A DNA stretch of 64,000 bases from Cyanophyceae cyanobacterium (GTDB lineage Bacteria; Cyanobacteriota; Cyanobacteriia; Cyanobacteriales; JBHJGN01), in the NCBI GenBank assembly GCA_050331735.1, contig JBHJGN010000029.1, forward strand, positions 160,001 to 224,000, read 5' to 3'. The stretch's first letter is position 1. Each line of letters starts with the position of its first letter. Below, piece by piece: positions 48,734 to 59,365 of the stretch. Below the pieces are notes generated by a model, which was not told the origin of the DNA, did no database searches, and was given only the letters and a program-made list of their open reading frames with translations. The translations under genes were made by a program, and so were the position numbers.

Positions 48734-49978
48734 GCCCTGAACGATCTGCTTCAGGGTGGTAAACGTTTCTAACCCAATCAAGCCGCGGCGATTGCCTTTT
48801 TGATTGGACATGCCGAGAAACACTGAGTCTCCTCCTTTGCGGTAGCGACAGAAGCGAGGAGACGCATTAATGTACACCAATGCGCTGTCAATTTCGGTGG
48901 CAAACTGGCGGCTTTCTAAATAAGATTCGGTGACTAAACAATTAGCATGGCCGCTGCTGTACTGGTTCATCCAGGCGATCGCCTCAGACAAGCTGGCGAC
49001 AGTCCTAAACGCTACAGTGCGACTCAAATAAGCTTCTCCCCACTCGGAATCTTGAGCTAACGCCAGATATTCTGGAAATTCTGCGGCGAGTTGCCCCTCT
49101 CCCCGCAGCAGAAACCCCTTTTCCTGAAGACTATTAAAGAGACGCACCAGAGAAGTCGGCTTTTGCTGAGCATGAACCAACACTTTCTCAATCGCGTTCA
49201 CGGGATCGGGCTGGCTGGCATGACTATCGAGAATTGTCCAGCGCACCAAATCTAAATTACCGCTGTCTGACCAATGAAGATAGCAATTTCCCATGGCCGA
49301 CTTTAAGACAGGGGCCGTAGCTAGCTGAGTTACCTGCTGAATTAAGCTCGGACGACCGTAGGGAATGATGAGGTTCACGCACTGATCCTGGGTGACCAAG
49401 TCCTGAATGGAGATGCCTTGTTCTGGAGCAAGTACCTCCAAGCAACCAGTGGGCAGTCCGGCTTCTCCTAACGCTTCCTGGAGCACTCTGGTAATCACAG
49501 CGTTCGAGTTACTGGCTGAACCACATCCTCTCAAAATGAGGCTGTTGCTTGTTTTGAGGCACAAGCCAGCCGCGATTGCCCCAAGCTCGGGAAACGCTTC
49601 GTAAATCAAGGCAATTACGCCCAGAGGCATCCTCTGGCAGTAAGTTTGAAAGGGGGTGAGCTGATAAACCGCATCGGTGACTCTCTGAATCGGATCGGTC
49701 AATTCTGCCAGCGCCTCCAAAATTTCTACGGCTGTTTGCAGACGCTCTGGCGTTAGCTTCAACCAGTCAATGACCAGCTCTGGTACCGCCATTTCTCGGC
49801 TGGTTTCGAGATCGAGGGTATTGGCCTCTAAAATTTCGTTGAAGGCCTCGTGCAGCCCCTGAGCCATGGCCCGTACTCCTCGACTGCGGTCTGCCCCCTT
49901 TGTTCTTTCTAACTCTAAAAACGCATGATGAGCGTTCTTGGCAACGGTCAGCGTGGAGGGATAAGAATCTGTCACCAT
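48725..49978 (-). CDS. Gamma-glutamyl phosphate reductase-like paralogue (ProA2 type)
   Basis: PLGVIALIYE, IIPYGRPSLI, VYINASPRF; the catalytic Cys position reads PDPVNAIE; start reset to ATG 49978. Confidence 0.82.
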   Translation of the reverse strand: MVTDSYPSTLTVAKNAHHAFLELERTKGADRSRGVRAMAQGLHEAFNEILEANTLDLETSREMAVPELVIDWLKLTPERLQTAVEILEALAELTDPIQRVTDAVYQLTPFQTYCQRMPLGVIALIYEAFPELGAIAAGLCLKTSNSLILRGCGSASNSNAVITRVLQEALGEAGLPTGCLEVLAPEQGISIQDLVTQDQCVNLIIPYGRPSLIQQVTQLATAPVLKSAMGNCYLHWSDSGNLDLVRWTILDSHASQPDPVNAIEKVLVHAQQKPTSLVRLFNSLQEKGFLLRGEGQLAAEFPEYLALAQDSEWGEAYLSRTVAFRTVASLSEAIAWMNQYSSGHANCLVTESYLESRQFATEIDSALVYINASPRFCRYRKGGDSVFLGMSNQKGNRRGLIGLETFTTLKQIVQGLE

Positions 49979-49983
49979 AGGTT

Positions 49984-50391
49984 TTAGCGCCGATAAGCAA
50001 GCCAAGCCATGAGTGCTGGAATGAGCGCCAGCAACACGGCAATAATGGCCCAAACAATAATGCCGATGCTGGAAGAGGAGCGCAGCGCCAGCGGCAGCCA
50101 AACAATTAGCAGCACACTGACAATTCCGAGCGTAATGGGAAGATAGCTTTCTCCCAGTCCAGAATGTGCGGCAGCCCAGCGATGTCCGGTCCAGCGCCAC
50201 ACTCGCTTGTAGGGATAGGTAGAAGATAACTGTTCAATTGCCTGAGCATTGTCTTCGACGACAAATATTTGCTGACAGCGATCACACCCAAACGCTTCAG
50301 TGAGCGTAATCGGTAACAGACGCCCCCTTCGCCGACAGGGACAGGGGTACTCAGTACTAAGATCTATCTTCTGAGCTTTATAAGGTCGCAC
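49984..50391 (-). CDS. Conserved cyanobacterial membrane protein with an N-terminal Cys motif
   Basis: YPCPC..LTEAFGCDRCQQIF followed by two hydrophobic helices. Confidence 0.75.
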   Translation of the reverse strand: MRPYKAQKIDLSTEYPCPCRRRGRLLPITLTEAFGCDRCQQIFVVEDNAQAIEQLSSTYPYKRVWRWTGHRWAAAHSGLGESYLPITLGIVSVLLIVWLPLALRSSSSIGIIVWAIIAVLLALIPALMAWLAYRR

Positions 50392-50503
50392 AAGCGTTTA
50401 TCAGTATCGATGAAGACCAGTATTATCTAGTATATTGCCTATCACCGCAGCGACCCTACTTCTTTCCAGCACTATTAGAAAATAATCACTTTCCCTATTT
50501 CTA

Positions 50504-50575
50504 AGCGGGTAACGCGATTCGAACGCGCGACATTCACCTTGGCAAGGTGACGCTCTACCACTGAGCTATACCCGC
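50504..50575 (-). tRNA. trnG: tRNA-Gly (GCC), CCA not encoded
   Basis: GCGGGTATAGCTCAGTGGTAGAGCGTCACCTTGCCAAGGTGAATGTCGCGCGTTCGAATCGCGTTACCCGCT folds as a cloverleaf with anticodon GCC. Confidence 0.97.
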
Positions 50576-50590
50576 ATTGACACTTCTACT

Positions 50591-50619
50591 ATTGTCTTCA
50601 AAATTAACGTATTTGTCAA
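50591..50619 (-). promoter_or_regulatory. Candidate sigma70 promoter of tRNA-Gly
   Basis: TTGACA-17 nt-GACAAT, ending 15 nt upstream of the tRNA. Confidence 0.5.
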
Positions 50620-50727
50620 CTTGTTCTTAGTAATTTCTGACTAGAGACGAAGACTCATTAAAAAAAACAAGCCAACTTTCCTTTCCCTTGCCCCTTTCCC
50701 CTTTCCCCGTACCGGAGGGTTTCCCCT

Positions 50728-51312
50728 TTACCCCACTTCTTCCGCCATCTCTGCCTCCGCGTTCCGCTCGGCAGCAAGCATTCCCGCCGTTCCTTCAGCA
50801 AGCTGTCGCTGAGCAACAGGGGGAGCAATGTCGCGATTCACCTGCCGCATCAGATTCGCCATTTCCAAAGCATTCATGGCGTATCCCCAGCCGTGGTTAC
50901 TCTTAATTCCGGCTCTTTCTAACGCCTGCTGCATGGTATCGGTTGTCAGTACGCCAAAGATGACGGGCGTACCCGACTGAGAGCCAGCGGTAGCGACTCC
51001 TTTGGCTGCTTCACTAGCAACATAGTCAAAGTGAGGAGTTTGCCCGCGAATAATCGCGCCTAAACAAATCACGGCATCGTATCGATAGGAAAAAGCCAGT
51101 CTGCGAGCCAGGAGAGGAATTTCAAAGCTACCTGGTATGTAAAAGTAATCGACTTGCGTCCCGTTCGGGTTAACGTCGATTCCGTGCCGCTTCAGGCAAT
51201 CTTGACAGCCTGAGAGCAGCTTATCCGTCACCAAATCGTTAAATCGACTAATGATAATTGCAAACCTTAACGACGACGGATCTTGGGTGAAATTTCCCTC
51301 AAAAACGGCCAT
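50728..51312 (-). CDS. ribH: 6,7-dimethyl-8-ribityllumazine synthase
   Basis: [39 protein letters not shown]. Confidence 0.95.
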   Translation of the reverse strand: MAVFEGNFTQDPSSLRFAIIISRFNDLVTDKLLSGCQDCLKRHGIDVNPNGTQVDYFYIPGSFEIPLLARRLAFSYRYDAVICLGAIIRGQTPHFDYVASEAAKGVATAGSQSGTPVIFGVLTTDTMQQALERAGIKSNHGWGYAMNALEMANLMRQVNRDIAPPVAQRQLAEGTAGMLAAERNAEAEMAEEVG

Positions 51313-51449
51313 AAAAACTTCGACGTGACCAATGAACAATTACCAGTTTACCATCAGCATCGAGAGCGCTCGCTTTCAGCAGTTGCTCCCAGAGGAAACC
51401 CGCACAACCGCGCTACTTCTGGTCACTGGTCACTGGTCACTGCTTCTAA

Positions 51450-51638
51450 TTAGGTTACGAAGAAATTCAAGACAGCGACAACAAGCACTAAAGCCACCCA
51501 AATTCCAGAGCCAACCCAGAGTAGAGGCTTTGCCTGGTCCCAGTTCTGGGGAGTTGCATAGGCAACTGGAACGCCAATAACCATCACAAAGGAAAATAAA
51601 ACTAAAGCAGCAAGTGCTAACTGAAACAGGATAAACAT
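51450..51638 (-). CDS. psbZ: Photosystem II reaction centre protein Z
   Basis: 62 aa, [29 protein letters not shown]. Confidence 0.95.
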   Translation of the reverse strand: MFILFQLALAALVLFSFVMVIGVPVAYATPQNWDQAKPLLWVGSGIWVALVLVVAVLNFFVT

Positions 51639-51819
51639 TGATAATTCTCCTAAACAACAACAGGAACGTCTTTACGCTCAATCCTTAACGCTTAATTATG
51701 TCAGAACCTTAACGACCCAAGGATTTTGCTTAACTATTGTAACAACGTTTGGTGCCTCCTCAGGGCCTCGCGCTATTGCTGATGACCTTTACTCTAGACA
51801 TAGAGGTGAATTTAAAGTT

Positions 51820-54456
51820 ATGGAATTAATCTTGTGTCATCAAACCGCTGACTTCGACTCGCTGGGCGCAGCCGTCGGAGTGTCTAAACTGAAGCAGGGC
51901 AAAATTGTTCTGACCGGAGGAGTTCACCCCTCAGTCAAAGAATTTCTGGCCCTTTATCGCGACGAATTTCCTCTGATTGAAGCTCGCAGCGTGGATACCG
52001 CCGCGATCCGCTCCATCAGCATTGTTGATACAGGACAGCGCGATCGCCTCGGCAGTGCGGCCCAGTGGTTAGACTTGCCTCACCTCAACTCGATAGAAAT
52101 TTACGATCATCACCTCGGCCATTCAGACATTGCCGCTACCCGCTGTACGGTCGCCGCCGTCGGCTCCACCTCGACCCTGATTGCCGAAACTCTCCAGCAG
52201 CAAAATATCGACCTGAATCCGTTTGAAGCGACGGCGATGGCGCTGGGGGTGCATGTCGATACTGGCTCGCTGACGTTTGCCCACACAACTCCCCGCGATG
52301 CGCGGGCTTTAGCTTGGCTGATGGAGCAGGGCGCAGCGGTTAAAATGATTGCCGAATACGTCGAGCCGAGTTTGTCGCCGCAGAAACAGCAGCTCCTGGC
52401 CGATGCCCTCGAAAATCTGCAAACAACAACAGTACAGGGACAAACGATTGCCTGGGTCTTGCTAGAAACCCCAGAGTTCGTGCCGGGGTTATCGACGCTG
52501 GCCTCGCAGTTGGTCGAACTGACCGCCGCCGATGCGCTGCTGTTGGCTCATCAATACCGCCAGCAAAAGCTAACGGTAATTGGGCGATCGCGCATCGAGC
52601 ACACCGATCTCAACGAGCTGTTGGCTCCTTTGGGCGGTGGGGGACATGCCCAAGCAGCCTCGGTCACCCTTGAGAACCCCAACGCGGCAGCCACCCTACA
52701 GCAATTGGTCGCTCAGCTTCAGGCTCAAGTGCCTCAGCCGCCAACGGCGCGGGAACTGATGTCTTCCCCAGTCCGCACCATTCGCCCCGATACTAGCATT
52801 CGCCAAGCCCACCGCATCCTGCTGCGTTACGGTCATTCGGGACTGTCGGTCGTCGATCAAAGCGATCACCTGGTGGGAATGATTTCTCGGCGAGACCTTG
52901 ACCTAGCCCTCCATCACGGCTTTGACCATGCTCCTGTCAAGGGGTATATGTCTAAAAACCTCAAAACCATTCGTCCCGATACGCCGCTGCCGGAAATAGA
53001 GTCCTTGATGATTACTTACGACATCGGCAGACTGCCCGTTTTGGACTCCGAGCAGCTAGTGGGCATTGTTACCCGTACCGACGTGCTGCGCCAGCTTCAT
53101 CAGCGATGGCCCTCTCCCTCAGAGTCTGCTTCTCAAGTGACCCATTTGCTGCCCGTTGCTGAGCTTCTAACTCCGGCTGTCAGGGAACTCCTCGACGGTG
53201 CTGCTCGCGCAGCCCAGCAGCGGGGATGGCATCTTTATTTAGTGGGGGGAGCCGTGCGAGACTTACTGCTGGCCGAGTCTGAACCGCTGCTGCTTCAGGA
53301 TATCGATCTGGTTGTCGATGGTCCGGATGCTGCTGAAGCCGGAGCGGGAGTTGAGCTAGCAACAGCACTGCAATCGTTCTATCCCAACGCTCGTCTCTCG
53401 ATTCACGGGGAGTTTAAAACCGCCGCTCTCCTGTGGCACGACGATCCGCAGCTAGGTTCACTATGGGTGGATATTGCCACGGCGCGGACAGAATTTTATC
53501 CCTATCCTGCTGCCAATCCCGAAGTCGAGGCCAGCTCGATTCGTCAAGACCTCTATCGCCGCGATTTTACGATCAATGCTCTTGCTTTACGGTTGACCCC
53601 CTCCCAAAAGTTACTCGACTTTTTCGGCGGTCTCATCGATCTGCGAGCCCGCTTAATCCGCGTACTGTACGCGAATAGCTTTATTGAAGATCCCACCCGG
53701 ATCTACCGCGCGGTGCGCTTTGCCGTTCGGCTCGGCTTTCAGATTGAGTCTCAAACCGAAGAATATATCCGCTACGCTATCGACAGCGGTGTTTTCGAGC
53801 GCATCGACAATCGACCAGCGCCGGCCCTCACGACCAGACTCAAAGCAGAACTTAAATATATCCTTCAGGCTCCCTACTGGAGAGCGGCTCTTCAGCGCCT
53901 TGACTCCTTGGGCGCTTTACGCTGTCTTCATCCAGCTTTGCAGCTCAAGCAGTCGTGGTGGCAGATTCGCTATCTGAGTCGATGGCTGAGGCGGCTCGAT
54001 CCCGAGCAAACCCTAGTTCACTGGCAGATGCGCCTGGAGACGTTGCTGACCTGTTTGCCCTCAGCGGAGCGAGAGCAGGTTGCTACCCGGCTTCAGTTAC
54101 CGCAAGAAAGTGTACAACGTCTTCAGCAGCTCGAACCAGTCCAGGAGAAGCTTCGCCAGCTTCCCAACTGTGATTGCCCTAGCCAGGTAGTCATGCTGCT
54201 GCGTCGGTATCGATGGCCGATGTTGATCTCAGTCAGTGCCCACAGCTCTCCGCCGATCCGCCGTCAGATTTGGCAGTACTTAACGACTCTGGCCCACATC
54301 AAAGCTCCTTTAGATGGAAACGATCTCAAAGCATTGGGATACAGGCCCGGTCCTCAGTACAAACTGATGTTAGACGAGCTTCTGAAAGCGACCCTAGATG
54401 GAGAAATTACCAACCGCTCTGAAGCAGAACGATTTTTGGAAACGCTCAACGGATAG
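51820..54456 (+). CDS. DHH-CBS-nucleotidyltransferase; A-adding tRNA nucleotidyltransferase
   Basis: HQTADFD, YDHH, GGGGH, two CBS domains, [36 protein letters not shown]. Confidence 0.9.
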   Translation: MELILCHQTADFDSLGAAVGVSKLKQGKIVLTGGVHPSVKEFLALYRDEFPLIEARSVDTAAIRSISIVDTGQRDRLGSAAQWLDLPHLNSIEIYDHHLGHSDIAATRCTVAAVGSTSTLIAETLQQQNIDLNPFEATAMALGVHVDTGSLTFAHTTPRDARALAWLMEQGAAVKMIAEYVEPSLSPQKQQLLADALENLQTTTVQGQTIAWVLLETPEFVPGLSTLASQLVELTAADALLLAHQYRQQKLTVIGRSRIEHTDLNELLAPLGGGGHAQAASVTLENPNAAATLQQLVAQLQAQVPQPPTARELMSSPVRTIRPDTSIRQAHRILLRYGHSGLSVVDQSDHLVGMISRRDLDLALHHGFDHAPVKGYMSKNLKTIRPDTPLPEIESLMITYDIGRLPVLDSEQLVGIVTRTDVLRQLHQRWPSPSESASQVTHLLPVAELLTPAVRELLDGAARAAQQRGWHLYLVGGAVRDLLLAESEPLLLQDIDLVVDGPDAAEAGAGVELATALQSFYPNARLSIHGEFKTAALLWHDDPQLGSLWVDIATARTEFYPYPAANPEVEASSIRQDLYRRDFTINALALRLTPSQKLLDFFGGLIDLRARLIRVLYANSFIEDPTRIYRAVRFAVRLGFQIESQTEEYIRYAIDSGVFERIDNRPAPALTTRLKAELKYILQAPYWRAALQRLDSLGALRCLHPALQLKQSWWQIRYLSRWLRRLDPEQTLVHWQMRLETLLTCLPSAEREQVATRLQLPQESVQRLQQLEPVQEKLRQLPNCDCPSQVVMLLRRYRWPMLISVSAHSSPPIRRQIWQYLTTLAHIKAPLDGNDLKALGYRPGPQYKLMLDELLKATLDGEITNRSEAERFLETLNG

Positions 54457-54656
54457 CAGCAGGCGGCGACCGATGGAGTTTCTGCTGATGAATCTGACTT
54501 TCGGTGCTTGCAAAACCTCAGTCGGATTGAGGACACTAGATGTGAATAGATCGAGAGGCGATCGCTCAACCTCGTTCAGTCCTCTTTCCAGGATTCCTGA
54601 GAAGCAAGATATAATTTTTAACAAAAGCCCGTTTACATTTAAATTATTAATCAATC

Positions 54657-55004
54657 ATGAGCCGATCAAACTTGGATGCTTTTTTCTTTGGGAGAGCGCT
54701 AGCCGAAGCTCTTTATGACAAATTAGAAGATGGTTTTACCGATGCTCTGAGCGAAATTGGTAAATTTGATGCCGAACAGCGCGAACGGCTGCGTCAGTTT
54801 ATGCAAGAAGTATCGGTTAAAGCCGAGCAAGAAGCACAGCAGGGAGTCGAGGTCGGGAGTGCTTCCCCATCGCCGCCTCCTGCGTCTGGCAGGATAGCAA
54901 CGACGGTCGATCTGCAAGCTATGATTGATGAGTTGCGGGCAGAAATTGCTCGCTTACGAGCTGAACTAAAGGCCTATAGCGGACCATCTGCCTCAAGTAA
55001 TTAG
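54657..55004 (+). CDS. Conserved cyanobacterial coiled-coil protein upstream of the ABC1 kinase
   Basis: AFFFGRALAE, GKFDAEQRERLRQF, DLQAMIDELRAEIARLRAEL. Confidence 0.8.
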   Translation: MSRSNLDAFFFGRALAEALYDKLEDGFTDALSEIGKFDAEQRERLRQFMQEVSVKAEQEAQQGVEVGSASPSPPPASGRIATTVDLQAMIDELRAEIARLRAELKAYSGPSASSN

Positions 55005-55077
55005 GGGGACGATCGATTCGTCGTCAAGCATTTTATTTTAAGCCAAGCATTCTAACAAAACCGAGATTATAGAGCGA

Positions 55078-56823
55078 GTGTCTGCCCTTTCTCAATCCGA
55101 AGCTAATTCTAAGGTATCTCTAGCGACTGCTAGAGTCTCTCCTAAACCGGTAGGTGGTAAAAAGGTTTACCGCTGGAACAAAGAAAACTATTCTCGTAAC
55201 CGCCGACGCTTTGATATTTGGCGGTTCGTACTGACCTTTTTATTTAAGCTCTGGCGAAATAGCCAAAAGTGGAGCTATGCTGGCGGATATAGCGAAGAAA
55301 AGCTGAAAGCTCGTCGCAAAATTCAGGCTATCTGGATTCGTGAGAATTTGCTAGAGCTAGGACCAACCTTTATTAAGGTCGGACAGCTATTTTCAACCCG
55401 CGCCGATCTGTTTCCGGCAGAATACGTCGAAGAATTGGCTAAGCTTCAAGATCGCGTACCGGCGTTTTCCTACGAGCAAGTCGCCGCCATTATTGAAAAA
55501 GATTTAGGGAACCCCTCTAAGCTGTTTCAGAGTTTCGATCCGACTCCGCTGGCTGCTGCTAGCCTCGGGCAGGTCCATAAAGCCCAACTGCACAGCGGGG
55601 AAGAGGTGGTGGTGAAAGCGCAGCGTCCTGGCTTGAAGCAGCTATTCACGATCGATTTGGCCATTTTGAAGCGCATTGCTCGCTATTTCCAGAACCATCC
55701 GAAATGGGGGAAAGGGCGAGACTGGCTCGGGATTTATGACGAATGCTGTCGCATTCTTTGGGAAGAAACAGATTACCTTAACGAGGGTCGCAACGCCGAT
55801 ATGTTTCGACGGAACTTCCGCGAACATGACTGGGTAAAAGTTCCGAAAGTACACTGGCGCTACACTTCCCCGCGAGTGTTGACCCTAGAGTACATGCCAG
55901 GAATTAAAATCAGTCACTATGAGGCGTTAGAAGCGGCTGGATTAGACCGTAAAAACTTAGCCAGGCTGGGGGCTAAATCGTATCTGCATCAGTTGCTCAA
56001 CGATGGCTTTTTCCATGCCGACCCTCATCCAGGAAACATCGCGGTGGACCCGGAAGGAGCGCTGATTTTCTATGACTTCGGCATGATGGGTCAGATTAGA
56101 AGCAACATCCGCGAAAAGCTGATGCAGACGCTGTTTGGCATCGCGGAAAAGAATGGTGATCGCGTGGTAGATTCCCTGATCGAGCTAGGAGCGCTGGCCC
56201 CAACAGACGATATGGGTCCGGTACGACGCTCAGTTCAGTTTATGCTGGACAACTTTATGGATAAGCCCTTTGAGGCGCAGTCAGTGAGTCAGATTAGCGA
56301 CGACCTCTATGAAATTGCCTACGATCAGCCTTTTCGCTTCCCCGCTACCTTTACCTTTGTGATGCGCGCTTTTTCAACCCTAGAAGGAGTCGGCAAAGGT
56401 CTAGATCCCGAATTTAATTTTATGGAAGTCGCACAACCCTACGCAATGCAGCTAATGACAAACGGAAATTCACGAGACGGTCAAACCATCATCGATGAGC
56501 TGAGCAGGCAGGCAGTGCAGGTTGGGAGTACCGCCCTCGGTCTTCCCCGACGCATTGAGGATACGATTGAAAAGCTAGAGCGGGGAGACCTGCGCCTGCG
56601 GGTGCGCTCCATCGAATCCGACCGCGTCCTGCGTCGCCTGAGTGCTATTCAGCTCGGCACAAACTACGCGATCTTATCGAGTGCTTTGATCGTTTCGACA
56701 ACACTGCTGTTCGTTAACGGATATAATGCAGTGGCAGTCGTGGTCGCGATTGTCGCAGCGGTTCCGGCTTTGGCCTTCTTCCGTCTTTTACGACGACTGA
56801 ACCGTATCGATCGCATGTATTAA
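55078..56823 (+). CDS. AarF/ABC1/UbiB-family atypical kinase
   Basis: LGPTFIKVGQ, AAASLGQVH, FFHADPHPGN, YDFGM. Confidence 0.93.
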   Translation: MSALSQSEANSKVSLATARVSPKPVGGKKVYRWNKENYSRNRRRFDIWRFVLTFLFKLWRNSQKWSYAGGYSEEKLKARRKIQAIWIRENLLELGPTFIKVGQLFSTRADLFPAEYVEELAKLQDRVPAFSYEQVAAIIEKDLGNPSKLFQSFDPTPLAAASLGQVHKAQLHSGEEVVVKAQRPGLKQLFTIDLAILKRIARYFQNHPKWGKGRDWLGIYDECCRILWEETDYLNEGRNADMFRRNFREHDWVKVPKVHWRYTSPRVLTLEYMPGIKISHYEALEAAGLDRKNLARLGAKSYLHQLLNDGFFHADPHPGNIAVDPEGALIFYDFGMMGQIRSNIREKLMQTLFGIAEKNGDRVVDSLIELGALAPTDDMGPVRRSVQFMLDNFMDKPFEAQSVSQISDDLYEIAYDQPFRFPATFTFVMRAFSTLEGVGKGLDPEFNFMEVAQPYAMQLMTNGNSRDGQTIIDELSRQAVQVGSTALGLPRRIEDTIEKLERGDLRLRVRSIESDRVLRRLSAIQLGTNYAILSSALIVSTTLLFVNGYNAVAVVVAIVAAVPALAFFRLLRRLNRIDRMY

Positions 56824-56844
56824 TTTTGATAGTGTAAGCAGTCT

Positions 56845-57573
56845 ATGAACCGTCGCTTTGCGGGCTTGACCGATCCAGGTTTGGTCAGAGCCACCAATCA
56901 GGATAACTACTACATCGATCCGGCAGGACGTTTTTTCGTAGTTGCTGACGGGATGGGTGGACATGCTGGCGGACAAGAAGCGAGTCAGATAGCGATTTGT
57001 CATCTTCAAACGTACCTGGATCAGCACTGGGAAGCGGCGACTCCTTCCCCAGAGTTGTTAGGAGACGCACTGACCGAAGCTAACCAAAAGATTCTCGCCG
57101 ATCAGCGCCAGCATCCAGAGCGCTCGGACATGGGGACGACAGTAGTAGTGGTCGTGTTTCGTCAAGACCAGCCGTGGTGCGCTCACGTGGGTGATTCCCG
57201 CCTCTATCGACTGCGAGAGACTTTAGAGCAAATGACAGAAGATGAAACCTGGGTGGCTCAAGCCATTAGAGCTGGTGAACTGACGGCACGGCAGGCGAGG
57301 CAACATCCCTGGCGACACGTTTTAAGTAAATGTTTGGGACGACAAGACTTAAGCGACATTGAGGTGCATCCATTAGATGTTAAACGGGGCGATCGCCTGT
57401 TGCTGTGTAGCGACGGATTGACGGAAGAGGTGCCAGATGAGCTGATCGAAAATCTGCTTCAGTCGAGTGCAAGCTGTGAAGAAGCCGCGACCAAGCTAGT
57501 CGAGCAAGCCAAACAAGCAGGCGGGGCAGATAACGTGACGGTCATTGTCATTGCTCAAGATTCTCAACAATAG
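56845..57573 (+). CDS. PP2C-family Ser/Thr phosphatase (PphA-like)
   Basis: VADGMGGHAGG, MGTT, HVGDSRLY, LCSDGL, GGADNVT. Confidence 0.92.
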   Translation: MNRRFAGLTDPGLVRATNQDNYYIDPAGRFFVVADGMGGHAGGQEASQIAICHLQTYLDQHWEAATPSPELLGDALTEANQKILADQRQHPERSDMGTTVVVVVFRQDQPWCAHVGDSRLYRLRETLEQMTEDETWVAQAIRAGELTARQARQHPWRHVLSKCLGRQDLSDIEVHPLDVKRGDRLLLCSDGLTEEVPDELIENLLQSSASCEEAATKLVEQAKQAGGADNVTVIVIAQDSQQ

Positions 57574-57647
57574 AGATTTCGTTAATTATTGATAGTCAGT
57601 TGTTAGCGTCTATCAACTATCGTCGCTATCTGCGAACCGTATCGCTT

Positions 57648-58859
57648 TTAGCTTAACCGATTGCCCATTGCCCGTCCTGCTAACCAAGATGTTGTCCAGG
57701 CACTCTGAAAATTGAAGCCGCCCGTGACACCATCAACATCGAGGATTTCTCCGGCTAGATGTAGCCCTGGACAGCATTTACTGGCCATCGTTTTAAAATC
57801 GACTTCTTTGAGCTTCACGCCGCCGCAGGTCACAAACTCCTCTTTAAATACGCCCTTCCCGTCTATCTGATAACTCCCCTGCGTGAGTTCGTCAACTAAG
57901 CGATTAAGCTGTTTTTTAGAGACTTCTGCCCACGTTTGGGTGATGCCAACACTGTCCACAAACTGCTGCCACAGTCTTTTGGGTAACGGCAGCGGGCAGT
58001 AGCTCTGCACTCGTTTTCGCGGTGTTTGGGCTTTAATATTGAGCAACTGATGTCGTAAGGATTCTGCGCTGTAGCCTGGAACCCAATTAATCGCCACCGG
58101 CATCCGATAACAATGGTTGTGGAGTATTCTCGCTCCCCAAGCCGAGAGTTTCAGAACGGCTGGCCCGCTGATGCCCCAATGGGTAATCAGTAGCGGACCT
58201 GATTGAGCAAGCTTGGTTCCTACTAGGCGCACGTTAACGTTGTCTACGCTGACTCCGGCTAACTCTTTGAGACGTGGGTCATCGATATTAAAGGTAAACA
58301 AAGACGGGACAGGAGGAACAACACTATGTCCCAACTCCTTAGCCCAGCGGTATCCGAGCGGATTACTGCCGGTAGCGAGCAGGAGGCGATCGCTCCCTAA
58401 AGTTTCTCCCGACTTGAGCTGCACGACAAAGCTTCCTCCGTGAGAACAGACTGATTTGACCGCCGCCCCCAGACGCAGCTCTACACCCGCCTCAACCGCT
58501 GCGTTGACCAGGCAGTTAACAATAGTTGCGGATGAATCCGTGGTAGGAAACATGCGTCCGTCTGCCTCGGTTTTGAGCTGTACTCCCCGCGACTCAAACC
58601 AGGCAGCGGTATCCTGGGGCTGAAACCGAGTAAACGCCCCCCGCAGAGCTTTACCGCCTCTAGGGTAATACTGCACAAGCTGAGCCGGATCGAAGCAGTG
58701 ATGAGTGACGTTACAGCGACCACCGCCGGAGAGCCGAACTTTGGCTAACGGTTTACGCCCCGCTTCTAATAACGTTACGGAAACGGGCGGATGGGTCGCG
58801 GCGCAGGCGATTGCCCCAAAAAAACCAGCCGCCCCCCCGCCGATGACAATTGCTTTCAC
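57648..58859 (-). CDS. HI0933/BaiN-family flavoprotein
   Basis: IGGGAAG, SGGGRCNVT, EFVTCGGV, GEILDVDGVTGGFNFQ. Confidence 0.9.
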   Translation of the reverse strand: MKAIVIGGGAAGFFGAIACAATHPPVSVTLLEAGRKPLAKVRLSGGGRCNVTHHCFDPAQLVQYYPRGGKALRGAFTRFQPQDTAAWFESRGVQLKTEADGRMFPTTDSSATIVNCLVNAAVEAGVELRLGAAVKSVCSHGGSFVVQLKSGETLGSDRLLLATGSNPLGYRWAKELGHSVVPPVPSLFTFNIDDPRLKELAGVSVDNVNVRLVGTKLAQSGPLLITHWGISGPAVLKLSAWGARILHNHCYRMPVAINWVPGYSAESLRHQLLNIKAQTPRKRVQSYCPLPLPKRLWQQFVDSVGITQTWAEVSKKQLNRLVDELTQGSYQIDGKGVFKEEFVTCGGVKLKEVDFKTMASKCCPGLHLAGEILDVDGVTGGFNFQSAWTTSWLAGRAMGNRLS

Positions 58860-58914
58860 TAATATCTCAATTTGATCTTGTCAGCCAGCCGATTCTCCAC
58901 CTTGCCGCGCTGCT

Positions 58915-59073
58915 TTATTCAGCTTCAAAATCATCTTTGCTAGCACCGCACACCGGACAAACCCAATCCTGCGGCAGATCCTCAAACGCGGTTCCTGGAT
59001 CGATCCCGTTCTCGGGATCTCCGTTTTCTGGGTCATATTCGTAACCGCATACTGAACAGACAGACGTACTCAT
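58915..59073 (-). CDS. Rubredoxin (52 aa; absent from the ORF track)
   Basis: Hand translation [52 protein letters not shown], with two CxxCG motifs. Confidence 0.93.
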   Translation of the reverse strand: MSTSVCSVCGYEYDPENGDPENGIDPGTAFEDLPQDWVCPVCGASKDDFEAE

Positions 59074-59203
59074 CGTTTGCTTTCTCAATAATTTTTGGCC
59101 AATGACAGTAGCTACAGCTTAGCTTAACGTGATATCCAATCCAGATTCTGAAGGACGGCGCTACTTTTCTGCTGCTCAGCCATTATGGACCGCACCGCTT
59201 GCT

Positions 59204-59365
59204 TTAAAATCGTTTGGTCTTCTGTACTCCGTAGACGATTCCCGTCAGCAACGAGAGCACAATCAAACCAAGAATGACACCTCCAGGAATAAAGGTGAGC
59301 ATGCCAAAGCCTCTGAGAAGATAGCACAAGAGAGTGACTAATAGAGAAGCGATGAAGATTTTCAT
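59204..59365 (-). CDS. Small two-helix membrane protein (53 aa; absent from the ORF track)
   Basis: Hand translation MKIFIASLLVTLLCYLLRGFGMLTFIPGGVILGLIVLSLLTGIVYGVQKTKRF. Confidence 0.7.
   Translation of the reverse strand: MKIFIASLLVTLLCYLLRGFGMLTFIPGGVILGLIVLSLLTGIVYGVQKTKRF

Noticed and set aside
49979..50200. N-terminal extension of the ProA-like ORF
   Set aside because: It overlaps the upstream membrane-protein gene in another frame; the likely start is ATG 49978
50392..50503. Integrated element at the tRNA-Gly 3' end
   Set aside because: No integrase and no duplicated tRNA 3' end seen; the flanking genes are ordinary cyanobacterial genes
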